Shown here one piece after another: positions 34,820 through 47,726 of a stretch of 64,000 nt of DNA. The position numbers and the translations under genes were made by a program. Origin of the DNA: Basidiobolus meristosporus CBS 931.73 (Eukaryota > Fungi > Basidiobolomycota); contig MCFE01000405.1 in assembly GCA_002104905.1 (NCBI GenBank), forward strand, positions 16,652 to 80,651, read 5' to 3'. Position 1 is the first letter of the stretch. Every line of letters begins with the position of its first letter. The notes below the pieces were generated by a model, which saw only the letters and a program-made list of their open reading frames with translations, was not told the origin of the DNA and ran no database searches.

Positions 34820-36820
34820 TGACTAGTAGATGGTTTACTGGGCTCACTTGGCTCCATAAAGTATCCTTGGCATTTGTTTCAGAGTGTTATCTCATTACTT
34901 ATTGGGATTTGACTGGGCTCATTTGTGGTGCTGATATCTGGGGAGAGAGGCGCACAATTGATTGGTGAGCCTTCTTTGCCAGGGCTATCACTCTGTATGC
35001 CATATTCAGAAGGCTTGGGTGAGCCTAAAGGCATGATAAACTCACCTGACTCAGTTTGCGCAAGATGAGAAATATGGCCAGGTGCCAATATAGAAAAATC
35101 AACTGACCAGCAAGATACTGTTGGTACAGAAGTGACTGATGATTGGTTAAATATGACGTTTGTGGCGAAACACTGGCTGTGATCCTTACAATACTTCCTA
35201 TGCTGTCTGTGTGCTTCAAGGCTGAGAGGCTTGCTACAATAGCCACATGGTCTTTTTTCTCTTCTCTTATGGCACTGAATCATAGCAGTCCTGCCCGTGG
35301 GGCCAACAACTTGACACTTAACAACATAGCACTATTATATCCCTTTTTGTCAGTATTTAAGACAGTCATATATATGACACATTGCACCTACATGAATGTA
35401 ATATTTGATGATGACCAGATGTAGTAAGCATCATAAACAAAGCTGCAGCTCCATATTCACATGGGTATGCAACACTATTTCCCCTTTGGATGGACTCACT
35501 TCCATATATATGCTGCCAAAAATAAGGCAAAGTTGCATGGTTGCCACCAAACCCCACTGCCAAGAGCAGCAGAAGAATGGTTGGACAAAAGCATGCTTTG
35601 ACATTCAGTGCAACAAGCAGGGCTACATCCAGAAAAGGCCATGTTGACAGTGTGCCTACTGAAGGGAATAATGCAGACTCCTCAGGCTCTTGGTCAGGTA
35701 GGCAATTGAGAACCACTGCAAATCCACATGCTGACCATTATTCTCAGTACCCTCAGTTGAAGACCAGCAAGTGGCTGTCATAACATCACCACCACCCATA
35801 TTAGCAAGTATGTTGTCAGCTCATACCAAAGCATCAATGAGATAATTAGGTGAAATGGCTGATAGGATAGATGCAATGGTCCATAGAAATCAGAGAGTAC
35901 TCCAGAAACAGAATGAGAGGATAATACATGTTGCGCAATCTATATCCCAGGTCAAGAAATCAGTATCTTTGCTTCAAATTAGAAACTCAAGTAGTTCAAT
36001 GTCACAGCCAAGAATTGAGACATTTCTCAATGCAACAGCAGAGGAATACCAAACAGTCTTTGAAGCACAATAACAATGCCTAAAGATAAAGCCCACAGAA
36101 ATACCTATTGCAGCATGGGAGGGAGAAAATGCAGTGCTTATACCAAAGCCTAAAGATCAAAAGACATTGAAGATCCACAAAGCTGCTGAGTGCAATAATG
36201 AAAAGTGAGCTAATATTTCAGGGGCTGTCAGAAGTCTAGCATACCATCACCTTGGCTGGCATACCATGGGATAATCAGGAACCAAAGGCCAAACCAAATA
36301 TACCTGACTTGTTCCATGAGCATTATCCTGGACTCAAGTGGCCAAATGGATTCTGCACCAGAGTTTGTAGGCTAAGAAAGTATCTCAAGAATAGCAGAAA
36401 CTATCAAAGGTAGAAGAACAAGGGCACCATGGCTAAAAACCAGCAGCTTCCTCAAGGGCCTGCTACAAGCAGGGCCAAAAGCTCCAAACAAGTATTGAAG
36501 AGACATCATGTAGGTGGATGAGTGCCAAAAAAGGGCAAGCAGGTAAATATGGATGCACCAGCACAACTTTTATTAAGGAAAATGTGTAGTACCACTCAAG
36601 AAGCACTCAGTCAAAGTAGCTATGAAGGACCTGGCAGTAATAAAAACCCATGGGGCTCTCAGGAGCATGTCACAACTACAGCTGAGAGCTCTAAATAAGT
36701 GTAAAAGAGACAGTGGGTTGCCAGGAGAGTGCTAGCAAGGGACAAGCAGGCAAAAACAGATGCATTAGAGCAGGTTTTATCAAGGAGAAAATATAGATCT
36801 TTAAAAGAAGTACTTGGACA
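34820..36820. mobile_element. Family X copy X3: transposase N-terminus (minus) and divergent second ORF (plus)
   Basis: Collinear with about 15340-16990. The minus ORF 34879-35283 has a Cys/His cluster (CGYCSKPLSLEAHRQHRKYC). Confidence 0.75.
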
Positions 36821-36829
36821 ATGTAGCAG

Positions 36830-37170
36830 TGCTAAGCTTGAAGTCACACCTATATACTCACCTGCTTAGTCACTTCAGCCACTGCAAACAAATCTTAGAG
36901 AATACAGACTTAATTCCTTGTTGGGATTTACTTAGAATATTTTCACCAAAATATCCAATACCCAGACCTTAAATTCTGAAAGTTGTCTAAACTGTCCCAA
37001 ACTTTGCACACCTGTTCTCAGGATCCTCCTGAATTTTTTCCACATGTTGGATATGCCAAGACTATGTAAAAGTATAAATACTACTTTTACTAGCAGTTAA
37101 CTATTAAGTATAATCATACGCTTGAATTGTTCTCCTGAACACTTCTGATACCTCCAGGACTCTTACAGCA
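36830..37170 (+). repeat. Diverged LTR of copia family A, opposite orientation to A1/A2
   Basis: Reverse-complement match to the A LTR (GGGATTTACTTAGAATATTTTCACCAAAATA, GTATAAATACTAC), ending GACTCTTACAGCA. Left end approximate. Confidence 0.8.
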
Positions 37171-37179
37171 ATATGAGTC

Positions 37180-38130
37180 ACTGTACTAAGCCAGTGTGTT
37201 ATAATCCAGCACTTTCCAATTGCACTAATCTACCATAATGGCTGTGATATGCCACAGTTTTACTTGATTGAAGATACCGGCCTACAGCTTTGTTAACAGT
37301 GCAAATAGATAAGCCTAAGATCCTCCGGACCCAATGTAGTCCCCAGTGATGGCCTTGGGTACCTCTTCCCTAGCTCCAACCCCAAACTGATTGCCATCAC
37401 TGTTCACTGTAGTATTCTTGTTATCTCTGACTGTATAGCTTTAAGCAGACTGCCTTGCTGCCTTCTCAAGCAGCACTGATCCATTATCCTAGTGAGGTGG
37501 AATTGCTGGATTATATCAAGCATGCTGGTGAGTCCAAGCTTGTCCTAGAGATCACATGATTTTATTCAGAGGCTGACAACTTAATGATAGTAACTTTCTG
37601 TTCCATGTCTGGTGTTAAGATTCCAGAAGTGAGTTTTCTTTCTGGACCAAGATCAAGTGCATGCAGGTAGCATATCAATTGCTGTCAAATCCCCTGGAGT
37701 GCTCAGGAATCTTTTGACTTTAGAGCTCTTATATTTTGGGTTGTTTCATCCATCTTGGTAGCAGATATCATAATAGCAAGATTAACATCTGAACCATGCC
37801 ACATTGGATGATCATCCATCACTTTATACCAAGTGATTTGTATACCAGTATGAGGCAACTAGTATACCTTCAGTAGTACTTCAGATATACATCATAGTAA
37901 TATGCACCAATCAGAATCCTTAGTCATACTTATCCTGCTGATGGTATAAATATTATGCATTTACATCAAGATATACAACCCTACACAGTGTTTCTAATAC
38001 TTAAAATAGACATGCAGCTTCTCTATTGGCAAGTAATAGAACATCAGGATCCCCAATGCAGTATCATTTTACTCCATAATTGGCATGGTTAGCATTGTTG
38101 ATCTTTGGCCAAGCACATAGTCTTAATAAG
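37180..38130 (-). pseudogene. Unclassified decayed coding remnant
   Basis: Long minus-strand stretches read as protein punctuated by isolated stops. No family recognised. Confidence 0.3.
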
Positions 38131-38686
38131 TCATAATGACCTTTAAAACCTGAATATGCTGATAAAGGTATCCATTTTTAATCTTAATACATATTATGGT
38201 GGGAGGTAGGTTTTGAGTGTTTATGCATCAGTTATTCTAAGAGGGTGCTAGTTTCTGTGAGATTACTGCACAAACTCAGACCTTTCATTGACTGTAGTAG
38301 TCAGATCTGAACCTAAGCATATATGGATCTTCAATATAGTTTCCTATTTATCATGCTACTCAGATTCATAGCATTGATACATAGAGCCTGTTCAGTGCCA
38401 CTGATTGATCAAGATTTTTTACTGCAATGAACTACTCATTTCATAATCTGAGATATGTCCATCATGACTACCTTTACATATGGCTTTTTTCTTTTGCTTG
38501 GTGGCATTCTGGAAAAATAGTCCTCTCTCTTCACAGCAATATATCCCATTTAGAGGTTTATTGCAGCAGAAAAACTCTTTGGTCTTATGTAACATCAGGT
38601 CCACCAGGAAGTCATTCTCCAGAACAGAGACACAGAGCTGGAGAAATGTAAACATCTAGGATAAAGCAAGCTTGGAGCCAATAATC

Positions 38687-39100
38687 TATTAACATAGCAG
38701 GAGAATGTACTGGAAGAAAATTGTAGAATTTGAATACTTTTATAGTATTCATTTGCTATCCTATTGTGTTGCAACACTAGACATGTACTGATTGCAGAGC
38801 TACGTGAAGGTAAGTATTTTGCTATTATTTGGGGCAACTAAGGAATGTATGTACTAAGTTTCAGCTCATTTGGGCAAGTTTAAGACTTTTCTAAGTAATC
38901 AGTTCCCCACTTATTACTGATACCTACCATGGACCTTGCAAACAGATTTCAATGTTGAGACTGTGATATACATCAATTAGCCAAGTGCTACTTCATAATT
39001 TATTCATAATTATGTGAAATCCTAGTTACTTCTACATTGCTTAGCTCACAAGTGTCTATCAAAATACCAAAATGTACCAAATATACTAGTTAATTTCAAT
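38687..39100 (-). repeat. Old LTR related to family C
   Basis: Blocks ACTGGAAGAAAATTGTAGAAT, ATTGTGTTGCAACAC, ATTGCAGAGC and GTACTAAGTTTCAGC align to the C LTRs. Ends eroded. Confidence 0.55.
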
Positions 39101-40098
39101 TACAATGAATATAGAAGGTCTGATACTTCAAGAAGGGGCAGCATATATGGCATTTAACTTAATAAAATCTTGATGATTAAGTTCTATCATCATTTAGTAG
39201 CATGTACTCAAACATTTGCACTCTAATATAGCTATAGCATTGCATCAGGAGTGCATCCTCAAGTTTTGAAGCAAGTTGTAAAAGACTCTGTGGCAATACA
39301 TACTATCTGATTAAAGTTCTGCCTACAACTGGGTAGCAGGGGAGTAGTCGTGCAATTATGCCTCTGACAAAGGTACTCATGCTAAGCCTGTCAGTATGCC
39401 CAGTGGTGACCAACACTCTTACAGTGGTCTTGAGTAAGTTTGTAGCTACTGAATCTGATTAAGAGCTCAATTCTTAATCTAAAAACATAGCATACATTAG
39501 CAAACATATCAATTTTGTAGCTGATTGATTGCTGTGTTTGATCCAGGATTTTGGTATTAAATTATCTGCTTTCTCTATCACTTGCTGCTCCACCCTTCTA
39601 TTGCTGAGTTTTAAGAATACTGTTCTCTCCCAACCATTCAAAGCTCATTTTCCTCAAAGTGCACCTTGTCAGAATAGGTCTATTAATATAATATGATCAT
39701 ATGCCAGTCTGCAATTGGTCAAAGTTAATTGATAACTTTATTGCTGCTTGATTACTATACAATGAAATCCAGTAACATGAACCTGATCCTCAGCAGGCAA
39801 CTTAATTTAAACCTCAACAAAAAGCTTGTAGCCAGTATTAAAGCCATGATATACAAGAAGGCAGGTATTTGTTGCTGCTGAAAGTAATTAGTACCTTGGA
39901 CAACATGCTTAGGAAATAAAAAGCAAACTTACACCAAAAGTAGAAGCAACAACGTAATCTCAGAGCAGAATATGAATTGCATGCAACTCATTTGTAATAC
40001 CACAAGAAGTGTCTAGAATACCTATACCCTTATGAAAATCTTCAGCTTAGAACACATCTGTTTACCAGCTGGTATTTTGCTGGTGTTCTAATGGTAAC

Positions 40099-40467
40099 TA
40101 TTGAAATATTGGACTATTTGGTATCATTCAGCAGCTAAAAATTTACTTAACAACTCTAGGCTAGTCTTAGTCACTGTGGGACTCATTTACTGCCTTAACT
40201 TTGCCACTTTCTCCAGATATATGATCTTATGATTATTCCCCTATAGTCAGGATCAAATTAGCACTATTACCAAACATTATGTACTAACCCTGAAACTGTT
40301 ACAGAATGCTCCTGAATATTGAGAAACCCTCCCTACTTAGTGTTGCAGCTGTATTACTTCTACAAAGGTATAAATACTGAGCTTCTTTATGAATAAACAA
40401 CAGTTCAACTATTATCACTATTTCTTGATAAGTTCCTTATATCCAAATCACTTCTTAAATTGCAACA
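40099..40467 (+). repeat. B 5' LTR
   Basis: Bounded by TATTG (decayed TGTTG)...CAACA; repeat of 44416-44784. Confidence 0.95.
40369..40376 (+). promoter_or_regulatory. Putative TATA box in LTR B
   Basis: TATAAATA; GTATAAATAC is also present at the equivalent place in the A-family LTRs. Confidence 0.55.
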
Positions 40468-40479
40468 GGTTATGAGCCC
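40468..40479 (+). promoter_or_regulatory. B primer-binding site, half-tRNA-iMet (Ty5/copia) type
   Basis: GGTTATGAGCCC directly after the LTR. Confidence 0.88.
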
Positions 40480-40503
40480 CAATTGCCTTAATCTATTCTA
40501 AAG

Positions 40504-43500
40504 ATGACTTCTACCAGCAAACAAAGCAATACAAACATCTTCCCTGTAAAGGAGAGGTTTTATGGGAAGAACTACAGACTTTGGAGAATCAAGATGCAGA
40601 TCCACCTTGAGGAAAGAAAGCTTTGGAACATAGTAACAGGAAAGGAAGTTGAGCCCAAAGGAACAGCAGAAGATATGGAGAAGTTTCAAGAGAAGGAGAG
40701 AAAGGCCTTCAATGCAATATGCATCAATGTGCAAGACTCCTTCATTGGACAAATCCATGCCTCAAATACTGCCAAAGCAGCATGGGAATCCTTGGAGAAG
40801 ATCTTTAGAGCAAAGTCAGTATCAAGCAAGCTTTATTTGAAACAAAAGTTCTTCAACATGAGAAAAAAGCCAGATGATGACATGCTACAACTCATTACCA
40901 GAATGGAGACACTTGCAGAAGAACTTTACAGTATTAATGCTGGTGTAGATGATGAAGAAAAGATACTCTGTCTGCTTTGCAGCCTACCAGACAAGTATGA
41001 GCCACTGATACTTTCTTTTGAAAGCAGAGAAGACAACTTGACTTTAGACTATGTCAAAGGAAGACTTCTCCATGAAGAACTCAGACGTAATGACCAAGCA
41101 GAGAAAATTGAAGATAATGCTTTATTCAGTTCAGAAAGGCATACAGAAAAGAAGGGAAAGCAACAAAACCAAAGATAACCTGGCTGCTGTAACTACTGTA
41201 AGAAGCCAGGACACTGGGCAAGAGAATGCAAGAAGAAACAAGCAGACGAAAAACAGAAACTAGAGCAGGCAAACCATATAACTACTGATGAACAGCTATT
41301 GGTCACTGTACAAGAGAGTGCAAGTAACCAAAGTAATGAATGGTATATTGACTCTGGAGCATCACAACATATTTGTGGTATAAAGGATTGGTTCAGCAAC
41401 TTAAAGACTATTCCTGTAAGAAAGGTTTATCTGGGAGATAACTCTGCATTGGAAGCTACCGCCAGTGGGTCTATACAACTAAATATGAGTGATAACTCAG
41501 GGGCAACAACAGCAAAACTGACTGACGTACTCTAAGTACCTGGAATAGCTAAGAACCTACTCTCAGTCAGTAAAGCAACCACTCAGGGACTGAAATTTGT
41601 TTTTACTAAGCTGAGCTGCTCAATATTGAGTGAAAATGGACAAAAATTAGCTTTGGGAATCAGAGATCACAATATATACAAGTTACAATGCAAGATCATT
41701 GTACCTGAGTATGTCAACATTGCTGAAACTGATGAAACCAACTGGGAGATGTGGCATAGGAGGCTAGGACACATAGGGGAACAGAAAATGAGCCAATTGG
41801 TGAAAAATCAGCTTGTTTTGGGCCTAAAATACTCAATTCCGATCAAATTGAATGTTTGTAAGGGATGTTCATATGGCAAACAAGCTAGGCAACGTTCCAA
41901 GAGCTCAGAAGGCATCAATACCACCGAAATATTGGCTATTGTACACTCAGACATATGTGGCCCCATGAGAACACTGTCCTTTGGAGCCAAGAGATACTTT
42001 ATGACGTTTATTGATGACAAGACAAGATATAGATGGGTGTACTTCCTCAAAACAAAGGATGAAGCTTTAGAGACGTTTAAGCACTTCAAGAACATGGCAG
42101 AAACACAAAATGGGTGTAAATTGAAGGTACTACGAAGTGACAATGGAGGAGAATACTGCTCAAAGGAGTTTGCAAATACTGCTTGTCTACTGGTATACTT
42201 CAACAGACCACAGTTCCTCATACTCCACAGCAAAATGGAGTAGCAGAACGTGCAAACAGAACAATAGTAGAGATGGGAAGATCTATGCTACATGATAAGG
42301 GAATGGACTACAAGTTTTGGGCTGAATCTGTTGCTACCGCTGTATACATCAAGAACAGATGCCCAACAACAGCACCACGTGATTCTACACCCTTTGAAGC
42401 ATATACAGGCAAAAAAACCAGATCTCCAGCACCTCAGGATCTTTGGCAGTGATGTTTTTTATCACATCCCTGACAAAAAACGCTCAAAGTTGGAACCAAA
42501 GAGTAGAAAAGGGATCTTTCTTAGGTATTGTGAAGATACTAAAGGGTATAGAGTGTATGATGGCAAAATTCAGAAGCTGATCAAGAGCAGGGACGTTGTA
42601 TTTGAGGAAAATTCAGATCAGAAAGCCACAGAAATCATTGGCCAGCTGCCTGATGATGCAATCAACACAAATGAAGAAGATACGTACCAAATCCAGCCAG
42701 AGATGGAAGATACTTCTACCAGTTCCAGATCAGAACAGATTATCCCAGTTAGGAGATCTACCAGAATAAGAAATGCCCCTGGATCCTGGTGGCAGACATC
42801 CAATGATCATGAAGAAGCTTATCTTGCCTTATGTGCCGAACCTCAGAATCTGGAACAGGCAATGCAAGGTCCAGATGCTACTAAGTGGCAACAAGCCATG
42901 CAGGAGGAGTACCAATCACTGATCAAGGCAAAAACGTGGGAACTGGTAGATTTACCAAATGGGAGAAAGCCAATAGGATGTAGATGGGTCTACAAGATCA
43001 AGATAACCTCAAATGGTGCCGTTGATAAGTATAAGGCTAGATTGGTAGCTAAAGGCTATTCCCAGATCCAGGGACTAGACTTTAAGGAAACATTTGCTCC
43101 GGTTGCCAAGTTTAACTCTATTAGGACAGTTCTAGCCCTGGCAGCTGTACACAGTCTAGATCTACACCAAATGGACGTCAAAACAGCCTTTCTAAATGGG
43201 GATTTGCAAGAAACTATATATATGGAGCAACCAGAAGGTTTTACCAATCCAAAAAGCCCCCATAAGGTGTGCAAACTTAGAAAATCGTTGTATGGGCTTA
43301 AGCAGGCACCCAGAGCATGGTATAACAAGATTGACACATATCTAGAGGAAATTGGGTTCTCTTGTAGCACTGCAGATCACAGTATATATGTGAAACAGCT
43401 CAAAAAGGGTGTGATCATCCTAGTTCTTTATGTGGACGACCTAATTATAGCTACAAGTGATCAAGAGGCACTTAAACAGACGAAATCAGATCTCTTCAGC

Positions 43501-44421
43501 AAGTTTGAGATGAAAGATCTTGGAAAATTGAGCTATTTTCTTGGAATTGAGGTCAAATTTGACATACCTACGCAGAAAATTGTGCTGAATCAGTCTAAGT
43601 ACATCAGGGACATTCTTAGACGCTTCAAAATGGAAAATTGCAAACCTGCAGCAACCCCTATGGACAATAACCTGAAATTAAGCAAATCTCAGCCAGTTAT
43701 AGATGAAAACAGCTCAAATATGGACCAAAACTTTCCCTATCAATCAATGGTCGGTAGCCTAATGTACTTGATGGTGTCAACACGTCCAGATATTGCAGTA
43801 GCAGTTGGAATAGTCAGTCAATTCATGCAGAATTATGTATCAGATCAAATTGCAGCAGTTAAGCGGATTTTCAGATATCTACAAGGTACCATAAATATGG
43901 TACTGGAATACTCTGGAGCAGCAAATAGGCAAAAATTTGATGGTTATAGTGATTCATATTGGGGTAGGGATTTGATTGACAGACGCTCTACCACAGGCTA
44001 TGTATTTCTTTATGCTGGTGCAGCTATTACTTGGAATTGCAAGAAACAACCAACTGTGGCACTATCTACAACTGAAGCCAAATATATGGCTGCATGTCAA
44101 GCAACTAAGGAGGCTATATGGCTACGAAAATTATTCAAAGACTTAGGTTTTAATTCAGGTGAACCAACATGTATTTACAAGGATAATCAAAGTTGTATTT
44201 CATTAGCTAGAAATCCTACTAATCATGCCAGAACTAAGCACATTGATATACAGCATCACTTTGTGAGGGAAGCTGTAGAAAATAACTTAGTAGAGCTGGT
44301 TTACTGCCCAACTGACAAAATGGTGGCAGACATATTGACAAAACCACTAGCTAGGCCACAGTTTGAGATCCTTAGAGAGAAATTGGGATTAAGAAATTAT
44401 TTAGTTGAGGGGGAGTGTTGA
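40504..44421 (+). pseudogene. B gag-pol polyprotein, lightly disrupted
   Basis: gag, CNYCKKPGHWAREC knuckle, DSGA protease, HHCC/DDE integrase, YVDD RT and RNase H. In-frame TAA at 41176 and 41533, -1 frameshift near 42176, +1 in the A7 run at 42411-42417. Confidence 0.93.
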
Positions 44422-44784
44422 AATATTGGACTATTTGGTATCATTCAGCAGCTAAAAATTTACTTAACAATTCCAGGCTAGTCTTAGTCACTGTAGGACT
44501 CATTTACTGCCTTAACTTTGCCACTTTCTCCAGATATATGATCTTATGATTATTCCCCTATAGTCAGGATCAAATTAGCACTATTACCAAACATTATGTA
44601 CTAACCCTGAAACTGTTACAGAATGCTCCTGAATATTGAGAAACCCTCCCTACTTAGTGTTGCAGCTGTATTACTTCTACAAAGGTATAAATACTGAGCT
44701 TCTTTATGAATAAACAACAGTTCAACTATTATCACTATTTCTTGATAAGTTCCTTATATCCAAATCACTTCTTAAATTGCAACT
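44416..44784 (+). repeat. B 3' LTR
   Basis: Follows PPT GAGGGGGAG; direct repeat of 40099-40467. Confidence 0.95.
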
Positions 44785-45234
44785 GTAACCAGCAGGTATT
44801 GAGATGGTACTTTTAGTTCAAATTTCAATTGCAATTTTGATGAAATTAGTGGTCAGCTGATTACCAAATCTGGTATAAGTGCCAGTCAGCCTAGTTGCCT
44901 CCTAGGAAAAGTTCCTACCTTTCTGCTCAATAGCTAGTATTGCAGATATTGAGAACTGTCAGCTTGAGAAACTTGTAATTCAGCTGATATAATGTTGGCA
45001 TTTGTTAATTATTTATCAAGGGTACTACTGTGACAGATGCTGCCTTCAAGTAACCTAAGATACAGAACTCAGCATTAGAAGCAAGGTGGGTACTCTTCAT
45101 TGGTGGTCTCTTACCTCTCTCTAGAGGATTGCTCAATATAGCAGCCAAGTGCACCTTATTCTTCCCAATGAGTTGGTGGTAGTGTTAACACATATTCTGT
45201 ATACAAGAGAGGCTTGTATTATTGTGTAGGGATG

Positions 45235-46446
45235 TGTGTTAATGGAAAGTATTCCATTACTACATTATCTCAAAACCAATATTGCACTCATTTCTTTATT
45301 TTGCTTTTTGCTACTGTAACATCAAGGTGAAAGATCATCAACTTACAACTTTGAAGGACAAATACTCTAGACCCTGCCAAGCTATCCACCCAAGAATATT
45401 GTGTCATACAGAACACACAGTAGCCAACACATGTTTCAGATTACAGCTCATTTAAAGCAGAACTTAAGGAGTTATAACCAAAAGAGTCCAATTTTAATAT
45501 ATACTAGGCCACTGTTGCTAGGATAATTATGGTGACTTTGATTGCATGTAACTTATGAACCAGCCAATCAAATCATGTGATATTTTCACAGGTGCTGCCC
45601 CAATGTTCAATCTGCACCACTGCTATATTTTAGCTTTGTTTCCTGTGTATTGCTTATGTAATTGCCCAAAAACTTTGATCCCTCAGAAGTTTTATATATA
45701 TGACTTCCCCAGCTGAAAAATAAAAGAGAGCCTCTCTTTCCAGAATCTCCACACTATAATCACAAGTTTAAAGGTTATAAGACTTCCCCTGCATCACTTG
45801 CACTGTGGAGTATTCTGACTTTGATTGGTACTACATCAGTAAAGACACTGCAAAGCTCACAAGAATCCAATCTAAGTTCTACAGGAAACTACCACTTTTC
45901 CGTTGGAAAAGTCCCCTCCAAGAAACCCCTTTACTCTAAAGACACCCCTTTATACACCCCTTTAGTCTAAAGACCCTTTAGAGACCCCTCAAAGAAGCCC
46001 CTTTGCTCTAAAGAAGCCCCTTTAGGCACCCCTTTAGTGTAAAGTCTACTTTAGTGACCGCTACAAGAAGCCCCTTTACTCTAAAAACACCCCTTTAGAG
46101 ACTTCTACAACAGACTCCTTTAGGTCAAAGGGGAGTTCAGGATTTACATATTAGAAAATGTTTTGTCAGAAAGGGAAGTGATTTCCAAATAAGGAAATAT
46201 TACTATAAAAGTAAATAAGCACATTAGTCAACAAAAGGTCACAACACTGCTGTAGAAGTGAGAAACATTGCCTATGGTATATTTTTAGCCTAATTTTGAG
46301 GATACTAGTGAAAGTTATATCTTCTATTGGTATATCAAACTCCCAATAAACTATTTCAGTGTTAGCATACTGGAAGTTGTTGTTTATTGTTGATTAGCGT
46401 TTACATTGTGGAATAAGCCCAAAACTAATCTTAATTCAACATAACA
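45235..46446 (+). repeat. Solo LTR, family D
   Basis: Collinear with 25352-26551 end to end, flanked by a 4-bp direct repeat GATG. Contains ten CCCCT plus one AGGGG at about 45913-46133. Confidence 0.88.
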
Positions 46447-47041
46447 GATGTTGCTTTGAATGACTAAGAATGCTCTGACACAGAGATCATTGGAGTATAG
46501 AATTCTCAGTCAGCAGCACTTCTGGATGCAGACCAATCCTAAGACATGCACAATACAGCACAAATGCTACCAAAGTTAAATCTGAAATCAGACAGTTAAA
46601 TAGGGCAAGGACTTCACAAGACAAACAGTTCAGAGGATCTAAAATACAATGGAATTAATAATTGTACTGCACATTTTGCATTACATATATTTAGAAGTAA
46701 TCAACATTGCCAATTTGTTCCAATTGGATTTTGACTCACATTGAAACTTATAAGTTACTAATATATGTGAAGACTTGGGGCTAACATATCTGCCACTGGG
46801 ACAAATTCACAAAGGATGCATTTGGGTTCATAGATGCAACAAATATACATATGATTGCCAAAATGGATACAGTACAAGATTAGTTGCCAAAGGATTCCCT
46901 TGATTCAGGGAGCTAATTCTGGTAGGCTTTTGATGCTGAGGCTAGACACAACTCTCAATGATAAGCTCTGCACTTTAACATATGCCCAGTCTCACACATT
47001 TGTCTGTTACTTTCTGTCACAAACTACAGGCTGAGTGGCTT

Positions 47042-47720
47042 TCACTATAAAAGGTATTTGTGATCATCCTACCAAAAGACCATCACAGAATTAAAACCCA
47101 CAACCAGGCAATACTGATCTCATCAGGATGCTGGGCAAAGACTGGTAAAAATCCTTCCAGATTTTGCAAAAAATTTGGTCAAGAATTTTTCTCACTACAA
47201 TACATCAGCAAGATTTAATGGCTTCTCTGCCATTTCTCTCACTTTGTAATCTCCAACACTCTAGCGCCTCTTACATATGTGTACATTGACATGCAATTAA
47301 CACTCTTTCATACTCATTACTATCTGACTTAATTGATGCTCTGACTTTTCATGCATGCAAGTTGGTTATTGCTGTTACAACATCTGTTTTACTTGAGTTG
47401 CCAATTGCATTAAATTGTAGAAGTACCTCAAGCCAACGCAGACATTAAGCTCAACACCACACCCAACTAGTTACTCTATTAAAGTCCACCATTTAATTAG
47501 TACTTTGGCTGTAAAGCCCTTTTTCCATGACATTGGCAGAAACCCAATGGCTTTATGCAAATGTTCAATCACTAGTTTCCATACTTCCTGGCCTTCAGCT
47601 GCCACTGCAAGATTTAGTGCTTCATCTGCCAATCTTTGCAGTAAATCATTGTAATGTTCAAGTGCATTTTTTTGAAAAATGATCCTGAAGAAGTACTGTA
47701 ACCTCTTTGTGTGTCTATTA
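47042..47720 (-). mobile_element. Family X terminal fragment X4
   Basis: Starts TCACTATAAAAGG and is collinear with 17195-17835 and on into 25010-25050. Confidence 0.7.
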
Positions 47721-47726
47721 CTGTTC

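Larger units (their letters stand above)
40099..44784 (+). mobile_element. Ty1/copia LTR retrotransposon B, full length, near-intact
   Basis: 369-bp LTRs (about 5 differences), perfect 5-bp TSD GTAAC (40094-40098, 44785-44789), PBS, PPT GAGGGGGAG and a complete gag-pol. Confidence 0.97.

Noticed and set aside
41808-43370. Antisense ORFs within copia B (and similar ones within G1, A1, A2)
   Set aside because: These are shadow frames opposite conserved pol sequence, with no independent coding evidence.
46850-46920. RLVAKGF-like copia RT motif
   Set aside because: Only about 20 codons with no supporting flanks; too short to annotate as an element.
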